Below, piece by piece: positions 44,608-55,604 of a stretch of DNA of 64,000 bases. The translations under genes and the position numbers were made by a program. The notes beneath the pieces are model-generated. The model was not told the origin of the DNA and did no database searches. It saw nothing but the letters and a program-made list of their open reading frames with translations. The stretch covers positions 1,302,001 through 1,366,000 of the forward strand of contig NC_067400.1 in assembly GCF_016432865.1 (NCBI RefSeq). Reading direction: 5' to 3'. Origin of the DNA: Antechinus flavipes (taxonomy: Eukaryota). Within the stretch, counting starts at the first letter, position 1. Every line of letters starts with the position of its first letter.

Positions 44608-47600
44608 ATGGCGGCTGCAGGTGGCGATGCCCAAGCTGACTACGTGTTGGGCCTCGATCTGGGCACTACGTCCGTGAAGGCGGTGCTGCTGGAGGCCGGT
44701 CCCCGTCGAGAGCCCCTGATGCCCACGGCCAGCGCCAGCCAGGCCACACGAGCCGACGTGTTCCCGAGCGGGGAGGCCGGGTCCGAGGTGAGCATCTGCC
44801 CCTCCCCCTCTGCTCCTGGGCAGGATCTAGTGCCCTTTGGACCCCCGGGGGGGCTGGGGGCGGGGCCTGGAAACCTGGGCTCGCTCGGGGCCCTTGGGGT
44901 CTAGGCTGTCACTTCCCTCCCCCACCGACCCTACCCCCGGGGGGAGCAGGGGGTCCAGCCCCAGCCTCTCTGCTGCTGCCCGCCTCGGTGGGCTTGTGAG
45001 AGACCCTCCTCCGGAATGAGTCAGGGGCTGAGACTTCTGTGGGGAAAGCAGAACACGAAGCCCCAGGGCCGCGGCAGAAATCGGGGGAGGGGCGATACCT
45101 CGGGGGAGAGCCCCCCCCCAGCCTGGGAAGACTCGATGTGCCCCGCGCGAGGGTGCCCGGAGGAGCTGGGCCCGGCTACGCTCCCTGAGGTGGAAGGACA
45201 GGGCCGTGGGGGGCGCAGAGGAGACGGGTGGGGAGCGGGGGACCGAAGCCCCCTGCCCCCCGGAGAGAGCCCGCACGGCCTGGGCCCGCGTCTGCCTGAC
45301 GGCCGGGAACGCTGCGGGCTTGGCTGCCCAGGCGCACGCGCTCCAATGGAGGCCGACTGAGGCAGAGGGCCCGGGGCCCAGTCACAGGCCACGAGCCCCG
45401 CCCTCAGCTCCTGCGGGGCCCTGAGACAGCGCCAGGTGTCCGTGTGGGGAAGCCAAGTGAAAGCGGGGCTTTTGGTGGTCGGGGGTTAAGTGAGGGGCGG
45501 GTTCGGGGTGGGTTTGGCTCCCCCTTGGGGCTCAGCGCAAGGGTAGGGAGCTGTGGGCGCCCCCTTCTGGCGGCGCAGGAGTTCCCTGTATGGGAATTTA
45601 CAGACCCGACAACCTGGAGCGATAAAAGAGGTTTTTTGGGGGCTTGGAAGTAAGGAAGCGGGTGAGGGCAAGGGGGGGCGGGCACGGGAAGAACATTCCG
45701 GCGGGCAGAGGCCCTTGGCGTGCCAGGCGCAGGGTGGGCACACGGCGGGCACACGGGAACCCCTGCCCCCGGGCTCCAGCCCGGCCCTTCCATAATGAGC
45801 GCTTTGGCCCTGGGACCCCAAGGTGGCTCCATCGGACTCCAAAGGGACCAGGATTGTGAATCAGAGACCCTGCTTCCCGGATGCTAATGGGGGAGCCGGA
45901 AGTCAGAAAGGAATCACAAATGTAGAACCCGCTTCCAGGTCACGGGTCCTGGCCTGAGGGGAAGGGCCTGATTGGGCCCAGTGGCTTTGAGCGGGCGCCC
46001 CTGGCCCCCCGAGAGCAGAAGCCCTTGGGAAGGCCCCCGAGCCCCCCGGCCGGAGGAGCCACTGGGTCCCAAAGAATCAGAGGAGGCCGTGGTCACAGTC
46101 GGAGCGGGGTCAGGGGCCCTGGAGAGGGGACCGGTGCTGTGGGCACTGCCCTCCCCGGCCTCTGGGGGGGAGGGGGCACCTGCCCGAGCATGCAGTAGGC
46201 ACTTACTCTGTGCACAGAAGGCTGTTCGCCCCCACGCACACTGGAACCACGTGTGGGGGGGTCCCCTCCTGGGGTCCGGCCGCGCCCTGAGCCCCTCGTG
46301 TCCCCAGGGCCGGGAGCAGGACGTGCACAGGATCCTGTGGGCTCTGAACGAGTGTCTCGGGGCTCTGCCCGCGTGGCAGCTGCGGAGGGTCCGCTGCATC
46401 GGCGTGTCGGGACAGATGCACGGGGTCATGTTTTGGAACGGCAGCCACGGTAATGGGCCCCAGCAGGGGGCCGAGGCCACAGCCTGGGAGCTCCGGCGGG
46501 CCGGGGTCTGTGCGTGGGGGGGTCACGCCTGCGCCGGAGCCCCCCCTACTGTTCCCTGCCCAGCCTCCGGCCGCTTCGGGGCCCCCCAGCACTTATTGAG
46601 CACCTGCCCCCTACCAGGCACCCCCTTTTGGGGGCCTGACGTGGGGCCCCCGGGCAGAGGGAGCGGGGGGGACGTGGCTCACGGGTCCGGGCCGTGGCTC
46701 CTTTCAGCTTGCACCTGGGAGCAGAGGGGCCCCCACGGCGTCTTTGAGCCGCAGCGCGTCAGCCACCTGGTCACCTGGCAGGACGGGCGCTGCTCCAGCA
46801 GCTTCCTGGCCTCCCTCCCGCGGCCCGAGTCCCACCTGAGCGTGGCCACGGGATTCGGCTGCGCCACCATCTACTGGCTGTCGCGCCACAGGTGGGTCCC
46901 CCGGCTCCCGGGGCCACGCAGACGGGCTTTCCCGGGCCTAGTGTCCAGCTGGGGACTCTGCTGCTTCCCTTTCACCAGCCAGGAGCTGGGCCTGGCGGGG
47001 ACTGAAGGGGAGGGGAGGCCTCAGGGCCCCGGCCGCCCCTGGGAGAGGGCCCCGGCCGCCCCCGGGAGAGGGCCCCGGCCGCCCCCGGGAGAGGGCCCCG
47101 GCCGCCCCCGGGAGAGGGCCCCGGCCGCCCCTTGGAGAGGGCCCCGCCCCCCGGGAGAGGGCCCCGGCCGCCCCCTGGGAGAGGGCCCCGGCCGCCCCTG
47201 GAAGAGGGCCCCGGCCGCAGGCGCTCGCTCCGCTTCAGACCCGAGGCTGGCCGGCCGGGTGACGGCGGTTTCTGCCCACAGCCCCGAGTTCCTGGGGCCG
47301 TTCAGCGCGGCGGGCACCATCCAGGACTACGTGGTGGCCATGCTGTGCGGCCTGCAGAGACCCCTCATGTCCGAGCACAACGCCGCCAGCTGGGGGTACT
47401 TCAGCACCGAGCGCCGGAGCTGGAACACCCGCATGTGAGTGCCCCCCCCGGGGTCCCGGGCACCCCCTGCCCCCCTCCCGCTGGCAGTCCAGCCCAAGCT
47501 CTGCGGGGCAGGCGCGGGCACAGCTCTGCCCGCCGGCTTTAGGGGGTCTGCTTTGCAGTTTGGAGGAGTCCGGCTTTCCCACCCGCCTGCTCCCGGACGT

Positions 47601-48625
47601 GGCCGAGGCCGGCGCCATCGCGGGGACAACTGCCCACGAGTGGTTTGGCATCCCCCGGGGGACCAAGGTTGGCGTGGCCCTGGGGGACCTTCAGTGTTCC
47701 GTGTTCTCCTGCATGTCTCAGAGCACAGACGCAGGTGAGACCGGGCGGCGTTTGCCCGTGAGCTGGACCGGACCCGCCTCGTTCGTTCAGAACCGGGCAG
47801 TTCTAGGAACCGGCCGAGTGTTGGAAGGGGCGTGACCCGCCCCTCCCCAGCCTCACGCGATCACGGCTGGGCTGCTCGAGGGGAGCCCGGGCCGGCCCTG
47901 ATGCTGCTTCTCTGGCTGCTCAGTCCTCAACGTCAGCACCTCCGTCCAGCTGGCGGCCTCCATGCCGCCCGGGTTTAAGCCCGCGGAGCGTCCGGAGCCC
48001 TCGGACCCAGTGGCTTACTTCCCCTACTTTGGCCGGACCTACTTGGGCGTCGCCGCGTCCCTAAACGGCGGCAACGTGCTGGCCACCTTCGTCACCATGC
48101 TGGCGCGCTGGATGGCGGACCTGGGTGAGTGGGCTGCCGGGCGGCCAAGCACGGGGTGGGGGGGCCTCCCTCAGCACGGAGCCCCCGGAGCGAGCAAAAG
48201 CCTTTCCCTCGGCAGGAGCGGACGTCGCGGAGGGCCAGATCTATGAGCAGATGATCCGGGCGGCCCTGACCCAGACGGACACCCAGCTCACCGTCAGCCC
48301 GACGCTCCTGGGGGAGAGACACCTGCCGGATGCGCTGGCGTCCGTGAGCAGCATCTCCCCCGCCGCCCTGTCCCTCGGGCACGTGAGCAGGGCGCTGTGC
48401 CGCGGCGTCGTCCGGAACGTCCACACCATGCTCCCGTCGCAGCGGCTGCAGGAGTGGGGCGTCCGGAGGCTGGTGGGCAGCGGCAGCGCCCTGGCCAGGA
48501 ACGAGGTGCTGCGGCAGGAGGTGGAGAGGGCCTTCCCCCTGCCCGTCTCGTACGGCCGGGACGTGGACGCCGCGGCCGGGGCCGCCCTGGCCATGCTGCG
48601 GGAGAGCGCGGCGGGGGGCAGCTGA
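44608..48625 (+). CDS. SHPK: Sedoheptulokinase (CARKL), about 481 aa. Exons join(44608..44787,46308..46449,46708..46891,47282..47434,47559..47734,47924..48124,48216..48625)
   Basis: FGGY-family motifs LGLDLGTTSVK, SGQMHG, VTWQDGRC, GDLQ and GSGSALARN; GT/AG boundaries with continuous phase. Confidence 0.97.
47025..47218. repeat. 23-bp GC-rich minisatellite, about 8 copies, in SHPK intron 3
   Basis: Unit GGGAGAGGGCCCCGGCCGCCCCC. Confidence 0.9.
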
Positions 48626-51600
48626 CACCCCAGCTCCTCCCAGTCGTTCCTGACGGTATTCCTGACCCCTTCCCCGATTAAGTCCTGAGGGGACCCTGGA
48701 TGGCCTTGCAGCAGTAGTGGGGGAAGGGGGACCCCGAGTTCTGCCTCCACGGCCAGTGTCAAAGGGCTGCCCCTTGGGAGCCCCCCTTTTAGTGAGTCCC
48801 TCACAGGCGAGGAGAGGCCGGAGGCCACCCTTGGCGGCCGGTGACCTCGGGCTTAACCGGCTGTTTTGGAAAGGTCCCGGAGAGGCCGCTGCCCGGTCTG
48901 GCGCTCTCGGGGGCGAGGTGCCCGCCTGGCGTGGCCTTCCGGCCTGCCCAGTCCCCTCGGGGCTCCTAACCTGCTGACAGTAGAGCCGGCCAGGGTTCGG
49001 GAGGGAGGCCGTGGCCCTCTGGGACACGAGAGGTCATTCCGTCTCAGCAGCAGAGCCTTGTTGGATGGAGGGTCCTTCCTGGCCCTTGGGGGGGAATGGT
49101 GGTTCTCTGGCCAGATGCCCTCGTGGACGCCTGCTGTGCTTCTTTGCAGACTGACCTGATGAAATCAACCAAAGATCTGCATCTTCGAATAGCTCCAATC
49201 TTCATCTAAATCAATCGGGGGGCGGGCCGCCGGACAGGTTTCTCAAGGGCTCCCCGACCCCTGCTCCCCCCGACATCTGACCCGCTGGAGGACGCCCAGA
49301 GTGAGGAAGAGCTGAAGCGAGGGGGGCCCGAAGAGGAGATTTGGGGGGTCTGCTCAGGGTCAGCGAGAACTCGCCCTGGAGGAGAACGAGGAGGACCTGC
49401 TCCCCCTGGCTGAGAGGGGGCAGCTGCCAGCTGTTTGAAGTCCCTCACCCGCTGGCCCTTATTGAACCACATCTGAGCTGTGGGGACCAATGTCTTGGGT
49501 GGGAAGCCCGGCCCTGGTTGGGGGGAAACCTGTTGTGGAAGCGGACTCAGGATGATTGTCAAGTGATGTTTTGTGATGATTAAACGGGCGAGGCTCCGGA
49601 CACTCCCCATGGGCTGTGGCTTTCATTTCGAGGTTTGGGCTCTGGGGAGCCTCTGAGGTCTCTTATAGGGGGCTCTGCCTGAGGTCCCCCGGGGTGGGGG
49701 GAGGGCCAGTCTGAGCTCCAGTCCCCTGTGGGCACTGGTCGCCCCTCCCACTAGTGCACTCTTCCTGGCTCAAGGACCCCCTGACTGAGCAGCGCTCCCT
49801 CCTCCACTGGAAGACCCTCGTATACCTGCCTGAGGAGGATCACCAGGATGTGTGGAGATTGCTCCAACCCTTAGCCCTGTCCAAGCCCCTGGGGGGCCGT
49901 CATCCATCCCACCCTCCTGCCAGGGGCCCCTGCTTCCCTTGTCCTTCGGCACTTTTAGTCTCCCCACGTCTGCCTTTGAGAATCCTTCAGGGCCCTGAAA
50001 GCTCAGCCCTGCTGCCCCCACGGGAAGCCTTGCTTGGCTCCCCCTCCCCCAGTGACCTCATGCAGTTTGTTGGGGAGCCTTTTGCTGCCCCGAGAGCCGG
50101 ATGTCACCAGGGTCTGGCCCGGCCCCTTCTGGGCCTGGGGTCCCCGGCCTCCCCCCCTCGGCTCGGGCCAGTGCCGGACCCGGCCGGTTCCTGGCTCTCA
50201 CCAGTGGGCTAACCCAGGACAGAGCAGGGAGGTTTGGGGGTAGGGGAAGGGCCGGCTCCCTGGAAGCACCAGAGGGAGGCTCACGAGCTTCTCTCCTGGG
50301 CCTGGGACCAGACCGAGCCTCTTGGCACTGATACCCAGGCCCAGCGGCCCTTCCTTGTGCCCACCCCCTCACCCCCCAGCTGCTATAGGAAAAGCTCCCA
50401 GAACTTGGGGCCATTTCAAGAGCTTTCCTGGCCTAGGCCACAGGCACAGGTCACTGAGCCCTGGGGATGTCCAAGGTCCTGAAAACGCCAACTTCTGGAT
50501 GAAATAGCAGCGCGCCCCCCCTCTCCCCTCCCCCCGTTGCTCAGGCTGACCCTCATCTCTGGGCAGCCTCCGACCTCACGATTCCCTCCCGCCTCCCCTG
50601 CCCTTCCCCTCCCCCCCTCCCGGAGCCGGTTCCATTTCCTACCTTTTGTGCTCCTTCGGGTGCCCTCCCTTCCTCCCTCTCCCCCCCCCCCAATGGCGGT
50701 TCCTGTTTTTATCTTGGGGGCATTTTGTGCCCCAGGGCCAACTCCTGTCTATGGGCCTTGGCCGGCCTGGGAGGGCCCCAGGCAGAAGCAGCGCGAGTGC
50801 AGAAACCCCGGAGTCGGACCCGCCCCCCCAGGCCTCTCCTCGGGTCGGGGCCCTTCCAAACGTCTCGGGTAGGGGAGGTGCAGGCGGCGGTTTGGGGCCC
50901 TGGGCCCTGCCGGCCTCGGTTTCCCCTTCTGCCCAGTGAGCCGCCCGCCCCCGTCCTCTGCCAGGGAAACCCCAGACGGGCTCACGGAGAGTGGGCTGGG
51001 GGCGCCATGAGACAAGGCGGGCGGGACCGGAGAGCCAAGGGCAGGTTCTGCCGCCTGGCCCAGGATGATGGGGAGGAGGCAGGGGGCTGCAGCGCGGCCT
51101 GCCCGGAAGGCCGTGGGTGGGGATTCCTGCCCCCGCAGGCCTGTCCTGGGAGGCCCGGAGTCACCACCTGGGCGGCCCTTGGGCATCTCCCGGGGCAGGG
51201 TGGGGCGGCCGGGGGCTGCAGGACTCCTTCCCCGCCGGGAAGGCGCGGGTCAGGTCCTGCCCAGCTGGGGGCGGAGAGGTGGGGGAGGGGGGCGGCGGGC
51301 GGCGGAGGGGTCAGCCTGAGTCCCTCCCCCTCCTCTCCCCTCGGGCCCTGCCCCCCTCGCTGCTCCGAAGCAGCCCCTCGCAGAAGCCTCGGAAGCGCCG
51401 CCGGGGCCTGACGTAATGCTTGTGGCTGCTTGGGCGGGGGCGGCCTGGCTCCTGGTGGGGCTGATTGCCTCTTAATGAGTCCCCCCGGCCGCGGGCCTCC
51501 GCTCGCCCCATTAGGAGCCGGCCTCCGCTCTCGGGCTGATTGGGCCAAAGGTGAGGGAGGCGGCGGGAGCTCCTCGGGGGCTCAGGCGGCTCCCGCAGAT

Positions 51601-51789
51601 CAATTAAGCCCATCCCTGGTCCCGAAACATTTCCTCCCCCGGCCTCCCCCCGCCCGTCCTTGGACTCCGGCCTCAGAGCCCCCTCGCCGCCGGCCCTGCC
51701 CATCCCGGCGGTGCGTGGGGGTGGGGGCGGGGCGGGGCCCCGAGAAAATCCGCCGGACGCTGTCCCACCAGGGTCTTTTTTTTTTAGAA

Positions 51790-52050
51790 AGCAAAATTCA
51801 ATACTATTTTATCCATGAGAAACATGAAGCAAAGATTCAGGCTTCCAATAAAGGATTTGGGGCGAAAACCTTTCATGCCTCAGTTGAACACAATAAAACG
51901 AGAGGGATTGATATGATTTCAGACAAGGCAAAAGCAAAAGCAGCTTTAATTTAAACGGGATAAAGAAGGAAATTAAATTTTTCTGAGAGGTAACAGATAA
52001 TGATTTGATTACAATCCTTAACACATATGCATCCAATGGTATAACTTCTT
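51790..52050 (+). mobile_element. LINE-1 ORF2 endonuclease fragment
   Basis: ATTTCAGACAAGGCAAAAGCAAAA (ISDKAKAK) and ACATATGCATCCAATGGTATA (YASNGI) match the L1 endonuclease domain. Confidence 0.8.
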
Positions 52051-52069
52051 TATATATATATATACACAT

Positions 52070-52870
52070 AGCTTTTTATTTACAAGATTTGTGCCTGGGT
52101 GATTTTTCAGCTTTGACAATTGCAAAACTTTTTGTTCCAATGTTTCCCTCCACTCCGCCCCCCCCCCCAGGACAAGTTGGCCAATACATGTTAAATATGT
52201 GAAAGTACAAGTTAAATGCATTAGAAGTCTACATGTCCAAACCGTTATTTTGCTGCACAAAAAGAATCGGACTTTGAAATAGTGAACAATTAGCCTGTGA
52301 AGGAAATCAAAAGTGCAGGGCGGACAAACATAGAGGGATTGGGAATTCTATGTAATGGTTCTCAGTCATTCCCCGAGTTCTCTCGCTGGGCGTGGCTGGT
52401 TCAGTTCATTCCTGCTCCATTGGAACCGATCTGGTTCATCTCATTGCTGAGGTTGGCCCCGCCCATCAGAATCCATCCTCATACAGGATCGTTGTCGAAG
52501 TGTATAATGATCTCCTGGTTCTGCTCATTTCCCTCAGCATCAGTTCCTGTGAGTCTCGCCAGTCCTCTCTGTATTCATCCAATAATATTCTATAACATTC
52601 ATATACCACAATTTACCCAACCATTCTCCAATTGATGGGCATCCTTTCATTTCCCAGCTTCTGGCCACTACAAACAGGGCTGCTACAAACATTTTGGCAC
52701 ATACAGGTCCCTTTCCCTTCTTTAGTGTCTCTTTGGGGTATAAGCCCGGTAGTAGCACTGCTAGATCAAAGGGGCTGCACAGTTTGATAACGTTTTGAGC
52801 CTGGTCCCAGATCGCTCCCAAGAATGGCTGGATGTGTTCACAATCCCACCCACAATGCATTAGTCCCACC
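52070..52870 (-). mobile_element. LINE-1 3' end, relatively well preserved
   Basis: Minus-strand ORF MHCGWDCEHIQPFLGAIWDQAQNVIKLCSPFDLAVLLPGLYPKETLKKGKGPVCAKMFVAALF is the L1 ORF2 C-terminus; followed by 3' UTR. Confidence 0.9.
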
Positions 52871-54992
52871 AGGTTTTTAAGGAAGACTTGGGCCAGCTGT
52901 GAGTGAAAGTCCCAGAACCAAGCGGACCGGAGGCCGATGGCAGAAGAAAGCCTCTTTGTGGGCCGAGGCAGGGCCGCTGGAGCTCATAGGGCTGGTGGGC
53001 TCTGGGTCATTGAGGGTGCCCAGATGGAGGACGGTCCCAAAGGCCCTTGGGTGGGATGGCCAGCATGGATGGAGATGAGCTTGGGAAGAGCTGACCTCTG
53101 ACCTCTGACCTGGGCTCCTGCTCAGCCCATCCCCTCTCCCCAGAAGGCTCCCTGCCTCCTCCATGCAGCTTAGACCATGTTCCACTCCTTCCCCCATAAT
53201 CTATTCCAGCACCTCCGGGTCAATGAAAGTTGTTTATTAAGCCCCCTACCCCCCATATTCCAGTCTGTGCTTGGTGCTGGGGATCCAAGGACAATCTGTA
53301 GGAAATGATCCAGCCCAAGAGAGACTAGGATGGAGAAGAGAGCATCAAATTCCAGCTTGTCCTTCCAGACAAAGTCCGGGGGGGCGGCCTTTGGGATGAG
53401 GGCCGCCCCCCCAGCTGCATTGGGAAGGGGCTCTGAGGGGGGGAGGCGAAGGGCATCGCAAGCCTGGGGAACGTGCCCTGGACAAAGGCCGGCAGGAGGA
53501 AAGGAACAAGGGAGGCCGGTTTGCTGACCAGTGTGGAAAGACGGTTCCCACGTGAGCATTTGGAAGCTAAACTGGAGGTTTCTTGGGGCCCCTCCAAGCG
53601 GAGCGGGGACCGAGGAGGGGCTGAGCAGCCCAGAAGTCACTGGAGTGACCGGGCAGAGGGGCGGGAGACAGGGGGGCCGAGCAGGGCTGGCCAGAAGCAG
53701 GGGCAGGGACCCAAAGCTGCAAGGGTCCTGCCCAGGCCACTTTGCTCCCCTTCTCTGGCTCCACGGGCTCTTCACCCTCCTTATTTCCACCCCAGAGTCC
53801 CGGCTCAGGCCTCCCGCCCGCCCCCCTCCCCTGTGTTTGTCGAGGGCTGTTTACTCGGTGACCTCTCTCCCTGGGAGCCACTTCCGGCCCATTCTTGGCC
53901 TGGCCCCTAAGCCTTGAGGGACACAATAGGTGCTGGATTGTTTCCTCGAGTGGGGACAGGCCCACATTTCTGGCTCATTGTGGCTGGGGGTTCTGGGTGG
54001 GGAAGGGGAGTTGTAGCTCAGACCAGCCCACCATGGCCCTAGTGTTAACTGGGGCAGAGAACCCCCCCGCCCCCACTCACCCACCCACCACCTCCCCCGC
54101 CGGCTCCCCTCCGTGTGCATGTGCGCAGTGGGGCAAACCCCGGGAAGGGCAACCTCTGAGAGCCTCGGTTTCCTCATCTATGGAAGGAGCGGGCCCCGGA
54201 CCATGGAGAGGGTCCCGTGAGGAGCCAGCTTTATTAGGCTTGTGAAGCCGGGCATGTCAGTGCCCGCCCTCGGTAAATGCCAGGGAGCAAGCAGGCCGTC
54301 TGGAGCTGGGCTGTCTGCTGAGCCTTGGCACCCCAGCCCACGCGGACGTTTCCTCCCTCCCTCCCTCTCCCCCCTTCTCCAGCCTCTCCTCCTTTTCTTC
54401 TTTGTTTTCTTTCTGTGTGTCTTTCTGTGTCTCCCTCCCTCCTCTCATCTCCTCTTTCTCTGTCATTCTCTTTCAGTTTCTGTCTCTCTGTCTCTCTCTG
54501 TCCCTCCCTCCTTCCCTCTCCCTGTCTCTGAGAGTCTCTCTCCTCCTCTCCTTCCCTCCCTCCCTCTCTTTCTCCCTCCACCCTTCCCCATCCTCTCCCC
54601 TGGCTGTTGGGCCAGCTGCCTGAATCTTCCTTAATCTCACTTTATGGGTACATTGGCTCTGCAGCGCCAGAATGTCTGGCCTCAAATGGAAAAGGGATGG
54701 CCTGAGGGTTCTGTTCTCTTTCCTTCTTTGAAAATGAGGCGTTTGCCCTTTCTGGACCTGTCCCCGGTCCGGTGGGAGGAGTCTCAGTTTGGGACACGAA
54801 GACCTGGAACTGCTATTTTGCCACCCTGGGCAACGTGGCTTTGGGCAAATCCTTTTTCCTCTTTGGACCTCAGTTTCATCATTTGTAAATTGGGAATGAA
54901 AGCACCTACTTAAAACAAACAAACAAAAAAATCCTAGCTATTATTTTTATGGTTTTTGTTACTGTCACCATACTAAAGTGACTGGATGGCTC

Positions 54993-55220
54993 AGGCAGCT
55001 GGATGGCTCAGTGGATAGAGCCACTGGGCCTGAAGTTAGGAAGACCTGAGTTCAAATTTAGCCTCAGTCACTGGTATAAACTTTAGGTGGCATCTAGGAT
55101 TAAGGCTAATTTAACTTCTATTTCCCTTAATCTGCTGGAGAAGGAAATGACCGTCCCCTCCAGTATCTTTGCCATAAACCGATCACCAAGACTCAGGACA
55201 CAACTGAAGAATGGTAACAA
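54993..55220 (+). mobile_element. MAR1/CORE-type SINE
   Basis: AGGCAGCTGGATGGCTCAGTGGATAGAG...GAAGACCTGAGTTCAAAT head; GGAGAAGGAAATGAC...CCAGTATCTTTGCC tail. Confidence 0.75.
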
Positions 55221-55604
55221 GACACTCAAGTCCAAAGCTGCTAAGGGTCGGCTGGCTGCTCATTGTGCACTGCTGAGGTCACAAAAGCCCCCCCATCCTG
55301 ACTGCAGGCGGAGAGTGGGAGAGACAAGACCTGAGCATCTGCAGGAAATCCCACAACATTAGACAGCAATTCAATTCAGCCCTGGGAAAGAAGCCCCAAG
55401 ACCTGAGGGAGGGGGCCCGTGGTGTAGGTTTGCGAGGGACTGGCATAGCCCAGGCTAGGGGGCAGCTACGTGGGATTAGCACAGCCATGGGAAAACCCAA
55501 GGCTTTGGGCTGGCACAGTGAGGGATGGCACAGAGGCTTCATGAAGGGAGAGTAGTTGAGGAAAGTAGGAGCCAATCCGATCACGAAGGCCTTGAATCGG
55601 TCAT

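Noticed and set aside
49150-49285. Possible C/D box snoRNA (CTGATGA ... CTGA) or extra SHPK exon after an acceptor at 49149
   Set aside because: Imperfect C box, no terminal stem or recognisable guide, and all three frames after the acceptor stop within 20 codons.
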